This document shows, piece after piece, positions 27,801-42,628 of a stretch of 64,000 bases of DNA. Source of the stretch: Catajapyx aquilonaris. Lineage: Eukaryota. Location of the stretch: assembly GCA_000934665.2 (NCBI GenBank), contig JYFJ02000197.1, positions 62,001 to 126,000 of the forward strand. Reading direction: 5' to 3'. Positions within the stretch are counted from its first letter, which is position 1, and every line of letters begins with the position of its first letter. The translations under genes and the position numbers were made by a program. The notes beneath the pieces are model-generated. The model saw nothing but the letters and a program-made list of their open reading frames with translations. It had not been told where the DNA came from and did no database searches.

Positions 27801-30800
27801 CCTGGAATTGTGTACCTTCCACACCTTGGACTTACCGAAAGGGGAAAGAGAGTTTAAAAAATCTCGACCATTACCGACTCCCAAATCCCATCCTATAATC
27901 TGGGCTAATCATTCACCACCGCCTTTAATTGTGCTATTAATAATGGCAGGCCTGGGAAAAGGAACTCTCCTCTTCGATCGAAGGCGTCACATTCCCCCCT
28001 GTACTTTTTTTTCCTCCTCCTTTACAACCAACCATCCAACTTGCCTCTTCGTGACCTATTAACTACCCTGAATTTTTCAAATACGTAGTGTAGCCTAGAA
28101 TTACCTGTGAGTAGGAGGCACAGAGGGTAGAAAGGTAGGGGAGGGATGGGATGTGGAGAAGGAGTTGGGGGAGGGGGTCAAAGCCGAGCAATTTCAGCAA
28201 AAGAGGTGGAGGCAGCAAACAGAAAGGGCTTCATCATCAGTCCTTTTGGTAGGTGATGCTTTTTGGTTGAGGGACCTAGAGAGGAAGTTGTTCTCAAGTT
28301 GGGTCTCGTGGTGATCAATCTTGGTAGGAAAAGGACTGGTAGAGTTATGTGTCTAAGATAGCTTACTGATTGTTTCAAGCAGTCTTTAGGGTAAATATGC
28401 CTTAACACCAGTTTCTTCCTGGCACATATGAGGTTTTAATAAGCTGGCCAAGTTATAATGGCGAAACTGTATAATTACTACCTGCGTCATATTATGCCCA
28501 AGCTATCGCATGGGTACGTACTGTACTGTACGGTGTACAGTATGACTAATCAAATGTCCAGTAGATTTTACTCAGACCGATAAGTTTAATATGCTGCAAA
28601 AAAAACATTTGAATAAAAACTGCATTGACATTTTACATGGCGAGAAGTTGTTCAATTTGTAATTTGGCTTTAATTTTCTAGCTTCTACAAGGCCAACTTT
28701 TTAGTTATAAATAATGCATAATGCAGATTCCATTCCACGTACGCAGCAATATTCATACTTTTAAATCAGTATATCTTGTGAATATGGCACAATAGCTTCT
28801 GGCGACAGTATGAAATTGGCCTTGGTGCTCGTAGGCGTAGGAAATACATTTTTTCTTATTTTGCACTAGGAAGATGCTGTAATCATTGTAATGAATCTTC
28901 CCAGGCTTTCTCATCTCTTCGTCTCTTTTTCTGGTGCACTCCGTTTCCCCACTTTTAAGGGTGAAAATTATTTCTGTTATGTAAGAAAATAGATACATCA
29001 TAGCCTTGAGGAAGGAAGGGTGAGATAAAAGTAGAAATGGCTGTGAATAGGTATACCTAACGGTGGATCAAGTGGAGATAAAGAAGTGTAAAGTGGAAAT
29101 AAATAAATCAAAATATATGTCTAATGCTGTACCAAGTTACAAACACAACCTGTGATATCCCAGGGTGAGCTGACCACTTTGTGACCCTGGTGATCAAACA
29201 GTCACATTGACATGGATATTGACGTAGCATAAAGCCTCTTGGCTCCAGCCTTTACAATCAGACACAGGCCTATTACTTTATTAGCTCAGGTGCAAGGTAC
29301 TGTATTAAATATTATTAAAATCATGTTGTAATAAATCCATGTTACAGGCAATAAAACCGTCCCTTCATCTTGAAGGAGTTGTTTTGAATGTACAAAGCAT
29401 GTGCTGTCAATTATAGCAACAAAAAATATTTTCATGACGATTTATTTGTTGATCCAGTTCGCCAACAAGGTTCATTTAATCTTCATAACTCAGGATGAGA
29501 AGACACAATGGGAGGTCTTTATCAGGAAAACTTCAAGTCAATTAGAAACAACAGTCTCAGGAAATAATCACAGCAGAACACATAAGTCGTTCTTAACGTT
29601 AATAGCACCCGACAATTTATACACTTTTTTATGTGCTCTCTTACCCATCTCCCGTGCATATTAAATCAGAAAAGACCGGCTGCCGCCATACCACAGCATG
29701 CTAGGTCTATACCTGCCGTAGGCCTCAAGTCCATGGTCATGTCCTGCTTTGTTGACTTCTCTTTTTTTATTTAGTCCAGGATGTTTACATCCATTGCCTT
29801 CGTCAAGCTTGGCTAAGAAGTTGCCATTCCTCTTTTTCTACCGTCCAACGCATATAATAAGTCGTGTATAAGGCTTGGTTTTGTCTTACTTTTTTGTGAT
29901 ATCGCTTCTGGGCAAGTGCTGAGCCTGGTAAGTCTCGTTACCTTTTTGTCGCTCTGGGAACACCACACGTAATCCGACGTAATCTCAGTGCTTTTTTTGC
30001 GAAATTAGCAGAATCAAGAGTAATATTAGCAGGAAAATATTGCGTTCAAGATATTATTTCAAACTTGTAAATGCAGGCAAAAACAATGAAACGTAATTAC
30101 TTCCCGCCATGGAGTCTATGTATGTAAAAGGAGCTTTTTTAAAGATTACAAGTAGTACATCCCATTTATGTTCCAGCGTTATCTAAACTACAGCTCCCAA
30201 CAGGACACAGTCCCTTGGAAAACTTCTGATAAACCGAAGACATGACAAAGTAGCCGTGATGTCACCATGTTATCCTCACCTTTAATGAGGACCGTCCCGA
30301 TAATATTAGCCGGCCGCTTTGCAAAGGATCAAGAATCGTCTCACAAGATTGAAATCAGGCCAGGGCAGAAGAAAAAAAAGGAGCATAAGAAACCCTCACG
30401 AAGTTGTTCCATTACCTTGAAAACCTGGACACCTTCGGTGAAGAATACCAAATGACATTTCGGTTTTTCTTTTCCCGATAATCTTTTTCCTTTCACCCCC
30501 TCTTGGAGTTGGAAATTTATTTCTATGCCTTTTCTCAACCTTGTTTCCACCATCCACGGCAATACGTTTTAAGGGCCCTTTGGCATCCGGATCTTATTTC
30601 GACATGTCGGCGCACTCCAAGAGAAAATACCCGTTCTCCTTTTTTTCCCCGTTGCGATGGGTTTGGAAGTTATGTCCTTTAGTGCTAGTCCAGGCAGGTT
30701 TGGAAGTATCTTGATGTCCTCCAGATCCGTCCCCCCTATGACCGACCTTTGTTCCGCAAAAAGAGAGAGACAGACATTTAAAATTTTCACTTTAGGAGTT

Positions 30801-33800
30801 CCTTGGCGACCAACTGGGAAAATCGGTATCAATTTCACCAATAATAAATACTAGTTCCTCCTCCCACCCACCAGAGGCGCTGCCTCCTTCATTGCGCAGG
30901 CGCATAATGGGGGCCAATCGGAGGTGTCGCCCAAACAATATTGTGTAGGGCGCCCAATCAAAAGCCTCGGTCATACAACGAAACTGGAGGTTACTATCAC
31001 ATACTCTATCTAAGTGCGAATAACGTTAGCAAAATAATTTTTAAGTGAAATCTTATGTGATTAAACTACATATTGCAGCTAGCCCAATTCGTGCCAGACT
31101 CACCCTTTACTAAATGTAAAATTAGAAGTGTAGCTACATTTCATCCATTGTTGTTCCCATTATTTCATTTCACAGGCCTACTTCTAGTTGCGGCAATGTC
31201 AAAAATAGAGTCCGCTGAAATCCGACTCGCTTTCGCCATTGTGATCGAAAGAGAAGCGGGCATACCGACAATATCTCAAAATCTCGAATGACTGACGTCC
31301 GTGGTACAACAGAGTTGGACTGAAACTTTCTAATTAAATTATTCGGCATGGTTGGAACTTCCGCCCCGCGTGAGGCCCGGGCCTTTGATCCAAGCCCCAT
31401 GAAAACAACACTGGATATAATAAGTACAGATTGATATATGACTCCATTTTGGTACCGACGACACTTCAGGAGCGTCGGTTTCGTGAGACGGGAAGAAAAA
31501 TGAGACGTTTTTCGATTGGTGACGCGTGCCAAGTTTAATGTCCACCATACGCACGACTCTCATGACAGGCATTCGTTTTATTGCACTTTTTTTGCTTGGA
31601 GATACAGGGCGATTTGTAAGCTGCGGAACACGGGATTAAACGTCAATGTCTCCTTGCTTTTGTAACGGGAGATTGAATTGTTTATTGTAGTAAAATGATT
31701 GCTATGAGTGAGCACGGGAAGTGCCTTTGGCCCTAATTGCTCATTAGCAGTTTTGGGAATTCATGACTTGTTTTTGAGTAAAAGTGCAAGTAATATGGCA
31801 GGTCTTTACAGAGGCATTACAAAGCCAGCAGTTTCACAGGACACAAAAATTCATGCCAGTACAAACACCTAACAAGTTGTGTAACTTGTGTTCAGAAGTT
31901 GCCAAATTTTGCGGTATACCAAATTATTAAACTCGTACTACCTTAATTTCTTCGAAGTATTGGAATGGAATGCATAAGTAAGGATCATCCCAAGCAGTCA
32001 GATAAAGCAGTAAGTTTTTATACATATTTTTTTCTCTCCTCATGATTGGCCTTAGGCGTGTTTGAGGCCACGAAGCCATCCATAAGGTCTGCAAAAGAGG
32101 AGGAGATGAGGAAGGTTTGCGTGTCTTGGACCCCAAGGAGACCCTTCTCATTTACCCCCCGCAGTGCGGGTAGGGCAGGGTGCGTCTCATCGATGCTCGC
32201 CACCAAAGGTAAAGGAAAGTATGTGGGAACTAGTCTTGATCATGGGGATCATCAAGGATTTTTTTGCGGGATACAGCAGCTTGTTTTCTCCAGAATGAAG
32301 TAATGCAGACAACAGTGTTGTTCGTGACCTTAAATTAAAATGGTTTTAGTTACATTGCTGCATTGACAAGTTCCTTGATTTTAATAGTATATCTACTGTA
32401 GATTCTTCAGGTGATACCTTATATCTGTACATCAAGTTTTTTGGTTAATTGCTGATGTACACTTAGGTGAGAATATATTTTACTGTTGAGCAGCTGTGCA
32501 GCTTCAACCTGCATTTTCAATTATTGCAAGATTCAATCACTGCGGAATTTTCTGCGATTAATTTATAACTAGCTGGCTTACTGTATATAAGCATGATATA
32601 TAAACGGCTGAGCAAATTTGATTGGGCAATCCGAGAGTTCTCATCGATTGTTACAGAATAACACGAAACTGCAACTATTTTGTTACTGCGCATTACTTAT
32701 TAGTTCCAAAATTTTAAATTCAGATAATGGCCATTAATTTGCATTATTGCAGCTTTGACTCCTCTTGCTAGATGCTGGTGATCTCTTCGCCCATATGGCG
32801 GGCATCTCTTAGGCCCAATCTTCTCATCTCCTTCAACCCCGTGTGTTTTTTTTAGATACAGGTGAAATGTCTTGAGTGCCATGAAGCGAGTCGGGAGGCA
32901 GAAATCGAGGGGACCCCTGCTGGGTGCAGAAATGCCCTTATTGACCTTCCGCAATTAAATTCATGCATTTCTTTATCAAACGTCAGTTTCTTTGGCATTT
33001 AGTAAACTAATGGAAATATTGTTGGGTTACCTTTCACACGCGAGTCTCTCGAGGCAGATCTTGTAGATGGCCCAGTCAACTGGGAAGGAGGTTTTTAGTG
33101 AAAATGATGTTATGTGGATGTAAAAGCCGAGTAATTAGTTGAAGCTCGTGCGTTAAATGCATATCGAATCAAGAAAATTGCCTTAACCTTTTTAGTCCAC
33201 GTGGTTACGGGCATTGTTAGTTCACATGCATTTCTGAGAGAGAATCATGAAATCCGCTTATGAAATCAAGGGCATGTACGAAAAAAACGATTGGTTCTTG
33301 TTTATAGCCTGGTCACTCCCATTAAAGTGGAAATCTCAATCAAATCATTCCGGTTAAATTATTTCCAGATTCCAGAGTACAGTAAAATGTCATTTTTTTC
33401 CCCCAGCTAGGGACAACATGAGAGCAATTAGAACTGGACAATGTTTCTTAGTTGATGACAGGTAATGTATTGCACGGTTCTGCATGTAAGAAAACGTGGT
33501 TAGAGGAAAAAAGTGGTATGTCCAGGCTCCCTGAGAAAAAGCGAAGGCGTGCGCTTCTCTACAAACGAGAAAATTATGAGTGTGTACTTGTTATGAGAGA
33601 AAAGACACGAAAAAAAATGTAACAACACGAAGAAATGGGTATAAATTACAGCATTTCCTGCAGGTAAATATATGTCAGGGGAAGGGTATATGACAGGTTC
33701 TAGTGGTTCCACCTGGGTATTGTTGGTGTAAAAAGCAGGTTGCTCAAAAATCGAGTATATCACCGTCATGTCTTCCGCTCGCTGCACGAACCTGTCAATT

Positions 33801-34025
33801 TGTAATAGTCCTTATGAGCTTGGCATTTGACAAACCTGCCTGAATTCCGTAACGCGAAAGGTTAATAAGTCCTGTCATTCTTGCAGAGGGGCCTAGGTAA
33901 TGAAAGGGGACGCCTTCAAGCACAGTTGAAATGGATGTCGTGAAGAGTCTTCTGGCTTGGATAAGAGAAGCAACTGCATTATTTATCAAGAGAAGCCTCA
34001 ACCACCAAAACAAAACCACAACATA

Positions 34026-34085
<60 letters not shown>
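34026..34085. repeat. (TAT)20 trinucleotide microsatellite
   Basis: Perfect TAT repeat of about 60 bp; it explains the poly-Ile and poly-Tyr ORFs in the track. Confidence 0.97.
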
Positions 34086-37000
34086 GTTGGCATTAAGGTA
34101 GTAAGGGACACGTGTGTGAGCATACACCTAATTAAATGACCTTGATGAATCTATCGTGGGCGTCGCCTATTTTCCGTCAACTTGGCAACATGAGCTCATA
34201 AAGTTCGCTTCAAAAAGTCGTCGAGGCGACTTTGGTGTGGCTTGTAATTAATAGCCAAAATAGTTCGGTGTGATTTGACTAATTGGAACCAGAGAAAAGG
34301 CGTGGAACTAATTTCACACTGACTTCTCAATCACAACTGGTTTCTTACATAGTAACTGTTTTTTCTTCTTCTTTTTTTAAAATGCGGAAATAGTTACAAA
34401 AAAGCCGTTGCCTCCCTAAGAAATTTGGATTTGAAAAAGTCACAAAAGCCATTATTTTCCATGCCATTTCGTGAAATATGTTGCGAGACTCTCCTGACAC
34501 TCCATTAGCGAATGTGCTTTGTGGTCACCCCAAGTCATGACTTACATGAGTCAAAGGGACGAAACGTGCTCCATATAACAAAGCAACAGTCTAATTATTA
34601 TAATTACTTAGATTCAGATTGCCAAATGAGACTGAACTTTTTGTGATTTTCTGCCCGTTACTTTTAAAATTAAAATACAACTCTTTTGACAACATTTTGA
34701 ATTAGTTTCTCCAACAAAAATCAATGTATGACAAAGCACGTGCAGTTAATGCTACACTTTACTTATTTATTGCATTTCCTAAACGTTTGCGTGCTGACTT
34801 CCCAGCTGGGGGATTTTTTTTTCTTCGAAAAGTGAAATGAAAGGTGAAGAAAGCTTTGATCTCACGTTTTCAATATTTCCAAATGTTTCAGGTGTACAAC
34901 CCATCCCATGCCCTCAGGGCCATCGCTCTCGTAGCATTCACCATCAAAACGCTTTTTTCCCGTTCCCATAATAGGTGGAGGTATCTTTTCTTTTGTAATT
35001 ACTCGCTTCAGGTTAAAAAATTCCAGAATCATCCGTAAAATACCACAGACCGCAGGTGAGGCCGATGCCCTTCCTTAGTTCCCACGGGAGATTTTAAAAA
35101 TAAAAATGGGAGCACTTATGAATATCATCGAAAAATTATAAGTTGAGAGCAGCTAGTTATATCTTGAGGATGTGTCTCGAGGTGTTTCATGCCCGATGTA
35201 TTTTGACGCCCGAAATCAAAAACAGGCCCTTATGTCAATCAAACTTTGATATATTTAGAAGTTTAGACGTACAGTGTGTTCTCGATACATTGGTAGACTA
35301 TGCTGCTATAGTGCACTTGCTTAGCACACTGTTGTGTACAGTACATCAGGCCATCACAGCAATAGAGAAATCCTGCTTGAGAGTATATTATGGCAGCATA
35401 CAGTGTAAATCCACATCATTTTTGCACAATAATAATGCACTGTAGTAATGTATCGAATTTTACTATTGCACGTTTTTCTCTTTAATTGATAAGAATCACG
35501 ATCCAGCTCTTATCGTTACATTCCAAGCAGAATATCTAGAGAGAATCACCGCACACGTGGGCATAAAACCCTGCAAATGGGGACTTATCCGTCTCCAAGC
35601 ATAGATAGGGCGAGTTATTCTAAGAACGCCATCAAGAAAATAGCAAGTTGATGTTTTGGGTTCAACTAAAGCTTGTGGAATTCTCAGCTAAAGTATAAAC
35701 TGGAGTCTCACGGTCGTCAAGAATTCTTTCACTAATGTGGCAGGAATGTGGCAGGAAGGCAATAACTCCCAAAAAACGGGTAATGCGCAATAACACCACT
35801 CTTCTATAACTTTGATGAAACATTTTACTTACTTGAGTTCGATCCATCGCCAGCATCTAATCATGTAAATGTCAAGGTCTTAAGCTGCAAATAAATCATT
35901 GTAATTCTGAGATGAGACCGTAGCGCTCCACCGAAGTAAGTCACCGCTTGCGGGAAGAGACGTGTAATAATAAAAAAGAAATACCGAGCGGTCCAGAGTT
36001 GACAGACAGCCCCTTTTGCCTGGCATTTGTCAGCTGTCAAGAGGCGATTGGGTGACAAGGACTTGCGGATGACTTTCGGTGAGCTGCTCTCGTGGCCCGT
36101 CTTGTTTGATAGGGATCGGAAGACTTTGTCCAGACTTTGTCACAGGGCGGCTCACTTGTCAACACATCTTCCAAAATAATGCGCGTATATGAAACACTTA
36201 TAGTTACAATGACAATAACGTATATGTTTGCATTCTTGCTGGGGTCATATCTTCCACGCCTAAATTAGCACTTGGCAATATGAGAAAATGCCTCTGGTTC
36301 TTCTACCGCAGCAGTCCATGTTGGTTTCTGCCATCACCAGGTACCCTCCAGCAGACTGTGCACGCAATTACAGCCCTTCCCCACACTTACACCCTCCCAC
36401 TCCCTCACATGTAATTATGCTCCGTGCGAAGAAGTCAATGATTATTTTGATTAGTGTCTCTCCAGCCTGTAAGCATCATGCAATGCCATTCATCATCCAG
36501 AGCAGGAACCAAGAATACTACCAAGAGCAGTCATCCTAATGATGAATTACTACTGGAGGATAATATTACGATTGCTATCGAGTGCACAGGCATGTTGCAT
36601 ATTTACATAAACAAATAGTTGAAAACATAATTATATTGATACTTCAGTTGCAACATAAACTTGGTACATATATTCAATGGATTGCACTGTATCTATGTTC
36701 TGGTGAGAATTTAACCCGTGCCTTCAGGGCATGTTTTATTGGGAGAAATAATGGGCGGGTTGGAAGGAAGATGGAGAAGGAAATACGTATAGGAATGGTA
36801 GTTAAGGCGGGCTTAAAACCCACAGCTAATCCAGAACATTTGGTATATATTTCGGCGAAATTTTTTACACACACTTATTATAACAGAAAAAAAATGCTGC
36901 ACGACTATTTGGCAATTAGGCAGATCATGCCAAATAACAAAAAAGATGAAACGTGAACCTAAATCGTCACATGGCAAATTACTAAGCCACAGTTTTATTC

Positions 37001-40000
37001 TCTAAAATGTAGAGTTCCAAGGTTTTGTCAAGCCATTGTTTCTCAAAGGGTATAATCGTTGGAGCTTAATATCCCACAGAAATGTTACAACTAGTTATTA
37101 AACGCAATGCCTTGATCACGGTTTAGCAACTTTTCAGAGCGAAAGGTTACCGGCCGGGCCTTGGCTAAGGATCCCGTGAGCATCTTCGCCATGATGAATA
37201 GGTGATAAATTGGGCTATTATATGCGACCTCACATCGACACGCCTCCAACCACCATTGTCAATGCCGACATCAATCATTCAATTTGTCTGAAGGCTATTT
37301 TGGAGGGAAAAAAAGTATAACGCTCCGAAAGAATAATAAATCAACGTCGATCATCTACGTTATCTGATTCAGGAAAAGACGCAGGGTGGAGATGGCAGAT
37401 AATTTTTGTTGGCTGCAACCTTACTGGATGTAGCTAATAAATTTTTAAAATTAATATTTGCCTACTGTTAGTGTTACACACATAAACATGTGCCGCCTTG
37501 AAACCAACCCTGTAATAATTTTGTAATGGGAAAATGTCATGCGACTTACTTGATTTACCTGTAGAGCTGCTGTTATAAAATTATCATCCGACCTTGCAGT
37601 GTTTTATATTTTTATTAGCATTGACAAGTTGAAAATCATTGTCGTGTAATTAATTTATCAGCTGTTTTCATAATTTTGGACTATTCCAACCATTTGACTT
37701 CGTTTAACAATAGAGCATGACACACAAACGTTTCAAGCCCAGGACGAGATCTAGAGCATGTCACGTGGGTAATATGCATGATGAATTTCGTAAGTTTATC
37801 CTTGACTTACAATGCCGCTGTAACTAACGATGTGCCTTGGGAGAAAAAAGAATGGGACGTTCTGCTGGCTGATTTTAATAGTGAATATTTTTCGGTCAGG
37901 ATAATGCGAGGGAAAGTGCTTATGTAATATGAGTGGATTATGGCATTCATAAGAGTGAACTTTTTTTTTGCTATGGCGACAAATTTTGAAGTAGTAAGTA
38001 GAGCAAAGTAAGATTCGCCATTATGAACAAACCTGATTTTCACGTGCCATTGAAGCATGGAAGAAACACTGTCATTTTCTATGGAATTTCCTCCTCTTGA
38101 AGCGGATTGTGGTACAGAGGAATCAAAAATTATGACACACCACCATGCAGAGTAGTTTACATAATATTGTGTCATTGGATGACTTTGGTGGAAACAGAGG
38201 CATTTCGTACATAATAAAAAAATTCACGCATCATGGGTCACTAAAAAATTTCTTTGCACGTAATGCATATTTTACATATTTTGTATAAAACAAAGCAGTA
38301 AGAATTTTAGCAAATAAATTACCAACTTTATATTGTTACTATTTTCTTTCAAATTTTTCCTGATATCGATCGATCTTTGTATCGATAGTAATAATAAGGT
38401 AATCTTCATTGCCAATTTCTCTGCGACTTTGACAACTTTCCTATTACCGGTGAGGTATAGTTTCATTGCGTACACTGCATACAGTGCAACCATCTCCCAG
38501 TAACCTATAAAGTAAACCAGCTAATGGATTTGAATGCATATATTTTCAAAAAATTATACAGTATATTGCTGTAATCTACGTGACTGTAAAATCTAGTCCC
38601 AGGAAAAAGCATGAAAAATATTAAGTTATTAACGAGACAATGTTCACGAAGAGTTATATTACGGTAGAAGATGCAAGTTTGTGAACAAAAGAAGTAGCAT
38701 AAAAAGTGATGCGTGCGAGCAAGCTCGCAAGATGTGAGAGGTGCCTGCATGGCAAGTAATAATTATTTCCACATACAGTAAACTCTTCTTGAAAGCGGTA
38801 CGCAACTAAAGGTCTACTTCGAAGAAAGCAGCGAGGTATTTTAAAAAAAACGTTGCCTGCAAAATTCCTTTCCCTTCTTGCCAAGCGATATAGTTACCAA
38901 CTTAACCATATTATGTTGATTCCGCGGTAAAAATGGCGCATGAAGCTGCCTGGAAAAGTACTTACAATTACGAAGTGTTTGACGTGATAATGAGGAAATA
39001 ATAACACGGTTTGATTGCACGGCAAGCCGTGAAGCGTTTCAGGATCCAACACCATATGAACGCTGGTCAATTAAGCTTGCTTCTCCTTTTTTGCAGGTAG
39101 TGTGAAAATTATAACACGCATTTGGTACAAAAAATTGATTTGGTTCGTAACAAATTTTAAATAACATGATAATACTAATAATGGGGAGATAATTATGAAT
39201 GAGGCCAAGTGACTGTTGAAATGTGTGGGTTAGTTTTTGCACTAATTTTCATTGCCCTCTTTTTAGCATGGTAGAGCACTTTAATTTGAAGGAGAGCTTT
39301 GTCTCTATGTGTAGGATGGTGGGAGGTCCGTGTTTTTTTTCATTGCAGGATTCGTTGCTTTTTCAGAAGTTCTTTTGCGGAATAAGAACAATGATATTTT
39401 ATCACCTAAAGAGTGTGTGAGTTGGGTATGTTAACGCTTAATTTGTTACAAAACGAATTGATCCCATGAAGAGAAATAGACTAATTGCTGAGTATATGAT
39501 ACTATCTGAGAAACTGCAGCCATGTTTATTCAGCCTTTAAACTGAATAGTAAAGCTATTTTCACTTTCAAGTTTCTCACTATGGCACTAATCATAATTAG
39601 GGCTAAATGGCCAGTACAAAATAATGTTGGAGAACCTTGGCTTCTATGACATATTTTGTTGGTAGACTATTAATTTATGGAAATGACAAAAAGAGAGTTG
39701 TTGTGGTTTTATTGTACAGGCATTGTTTTTTGCTGAAGTTTATATACTGTATGCAGAAAGTTTGAAAACCTGTTTGTTTGCACATTTGTTTTCATAATCT
39801 GTAAATTGTAAGATGCGAAACTTACAATAATATAGTATTGCTCCATCCACTTTATCTTTTAACCCTTCACCTTACCAGTAAGTTCTGCAATGAATCCAGC
39901 AGCGACCGCTGTTCTGAAATTTTAATACGTGAGTATCATCCCATTTTGTGGTGAGTTCTTGAATTATGGATGCAATAACGAAGAGCTGCCAATCTGGGCG

Positions 40001-41483
40001 ATTGAAAATAAACTCTGCCATGATCATCTGCGTTGCACTTTTGCTATATACATACTACATCCTGAGAAAAGATTTCCTCTGATTTTTAAATTCTACATTA
40101 TTCAGGGTGCGCCTGCAGACAAACCGCCTGATGTTACATGTATGAAACTGTAAGGTAGGCTGTTAAATAATCACATCTAACGTCAAGTTAATCTCCATAA
40201 AATACTTCTCTGATGAATAATTTCTGAGTCAAATTCTCCAGTGAAATCGTATCGTAAAGACAGCACAAGTAAGCAAACAACTGTGACTTGTTACCATACA
40301 GACCTACCCATATTATGTAGAAAGATCGCTTGTTTGCTAGCACACATGTTGCATCCAGAGTTGCAAAACCAGCCCATTCGCATTACTATATTTTTACGTG
40401 ATACTTTGCAACCATAATTGGCTGAAAATCAGTGAGTCACATGTAGGGAAGCCTCAAGTTACGAGGACGGAGTAACCTATACCCAAATTTTGCTGCATCA
40501 TAAAAGTTAGTAATGGGCCAGCCGTGAGGTTATGAGGAAAACAAGGCAACTCCCGGATGGTAATTTCAGCAGCTTCTCCTCCAGCTTCTCCTGTGATACC
40601 CCTCATTCCACTGCCTCTCACCATCCTATCCCCACACCCTCTACTCTCTCTTCCACTCTCAAAGTGTGGTGGGTTGGGTCGCACTTCGACCAAACCTGTA
40701 ATTAATCACCCCTACGATTGAATTAAACTAGAGTGCGCTTTCTTACTCACTAGTTGTAATCATGCACGGAATAACAACTACATAACTACAACCTGCTCGA
40801 TTTCTCTATAAATAGCAGTGATATTAGTTTACGACTTTGCCCGCTGGTTTTTCCTCCTGAATTGAGGTTAAGACCTCTAACATCGTGACGGTCATAAAGT
40901 CATAATGAAGTAAGTAATTTCCACCCCTTAATGGCTTATTCGGAATTCAATTATTTCAGAGGTTAATTATCCGCAGGGATTTTCTATCGGATAATAAAGC
41001 TGTAAGCTGTGAGGGAATGGATGCTAATATCCATCACGGCGCCGCTTTCATATTATTATCGATGGCAACTTCGTGTGGAATGAATTGGATCTTTGTTTTT
41101 TATTGAGGGACCGGCACATGAAGAATTAATGACAATGAGAATGGTTAATTAATCGCTGCCATACGCTGATAATGAAATTGTCAGAATGCGCGTGGAACAA
41201 AAATTGGCGCGCAGGAGGCGGGCTGTGAATATGTTATGTTACTGAAGGTACCATCTGACTAATGTGTAATGAATTACGTGAGTATACTGGCCATGTATGT
41301 ATGCAGCGCCAGGCCCTGAAAACTTGGTATGTGTTACAGTCGTGCACAAACAACGGTGTATAAAGTTACACACTTGACTGAATAAAATAATGCATCAGGA
41401 TATTATAATAAAATGCTTTTTGTGCATACTATTACGCATCTAAATTCATCATAATTCAGGCAAGTATTTGGTGCAAAAATCAG

Positions 41484-41559
41484 GAACAAACGGTTAAATC
41501 TGGAAACAAACGGTTTCTAGTCTTGGTAAACCAATATATGAACATTGTTTTATTATACA
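41484..41559 (-). terminator. Candidate distal polyadenylation site of the knirps-family gene (3'UTR about 1.1 kb)
   Basis: On the minus strand: TGTA (41559-41556), then AATAAA (41554-41549), then a duplicated GU/U-rich downstream element AACCGTTTGTT (about 41516-41484). Confidence 0.5.
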
Positions 41560-42628
41560 ACAGAAAACATGAATTACATAAAAATAAGCTTTAGACAACA
41601 AGCTGCATCAGCATCCATAATTTTCACAATTTTTTTTATCCATTTGTGCTGAAAATAATTTGGCACAATGTTTCATGTGAATGGAGAGGCGCTCATTTTT
41701 AACACACGCGTATTACGTTTGGTGCTTTCGTCTCTGCAGGTGGGATTGTTTGAATCAGAGTTTTTGGAGATCAAAACTGGGGGCTTCATTCATTCCGAGA
41801 TGTGCAGCCGTCCAAATTCCCACACTTACACACACGTTTGTATGACCGGGGCAATGCCTTCAGTAGACGTTGTACTAAGTAATAATGATGAATAAACTCC
41901 AGGATATCCTGAATACTGATCATGATTTTTTTTCAACGTTGGCGTATATTGTGCGATAACTGTCTTAACAACTTTTTTGCAGAGGGTGTCTGACTAGCGC
42001 GGTCAACTCCGCTGGTTGTATAATATAAATAAATAAGCGAACTGTACACATACGGTATATAATCCCTACAAAATTACAGCAACTTCGCACTATGCAGATG
42101 ATAATTTCACATGAAAAGATTTCAACCACTTAGGAGATATTTAAAGCAAGAAATAACTGGCCTTTAACAAATTTAACACCTCAATTTGCAGCGACTCGCT
42201 CATGCTCAGCAACGAAATTTTGTCAATAACGATTCATAATGCACAACAATAATAATTACCTCAACATACAACTTTTCGTTGATGCTCGTCATTACCTCAT
42301 CATATAGAGGAATGTGCGCTACAAATGTGGAAAAAATATGTAGGTCGAGTGGGTCGCAAAAAGAAGTTATCCATCACCTCCACAGCACCCTAGTTGAAAT
42401 CACTGCCCACTTTATTTGTCAAGAAGGAGTCTCTTCTCACGATTTGACCATTATCTTAATTGTGAGTGCATTTGCTTCCATAAATGATTTCATTGTGCTT
42501 CGAGGTCGGACTCGGCACCAAAAAACTTGCATATTGTGAGACCATTTTTGGAAGCCATTTATTTTGAATTTGGAATGCTGTGCAATAATAAATGGTAACT
42601 GTCGCACTGAAGCTGAAATGGTACATCA

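Noticed and set aside
33795..34139. Poly-Ile and poly-Tyr ORFs
   Set aside because: Artefacts of the (TAT)n microsatellite.
35734..36141. Short 11-bp tandem duplications (AATGTGGCAGG x2, AGACTTTGTC x2; also CAGCTTCTCCT x2 near 40570)
   Set aside because: Ordinary slippage duplications with only two copies and no spacers, so not CRISPR-like or array-like.
38364..38387. DRE/BEAF-like TATCGATA (38380-38387) with a neighbouring TATCGATC
   Set aside because: A single full match with no associated gene start; expected by chance.
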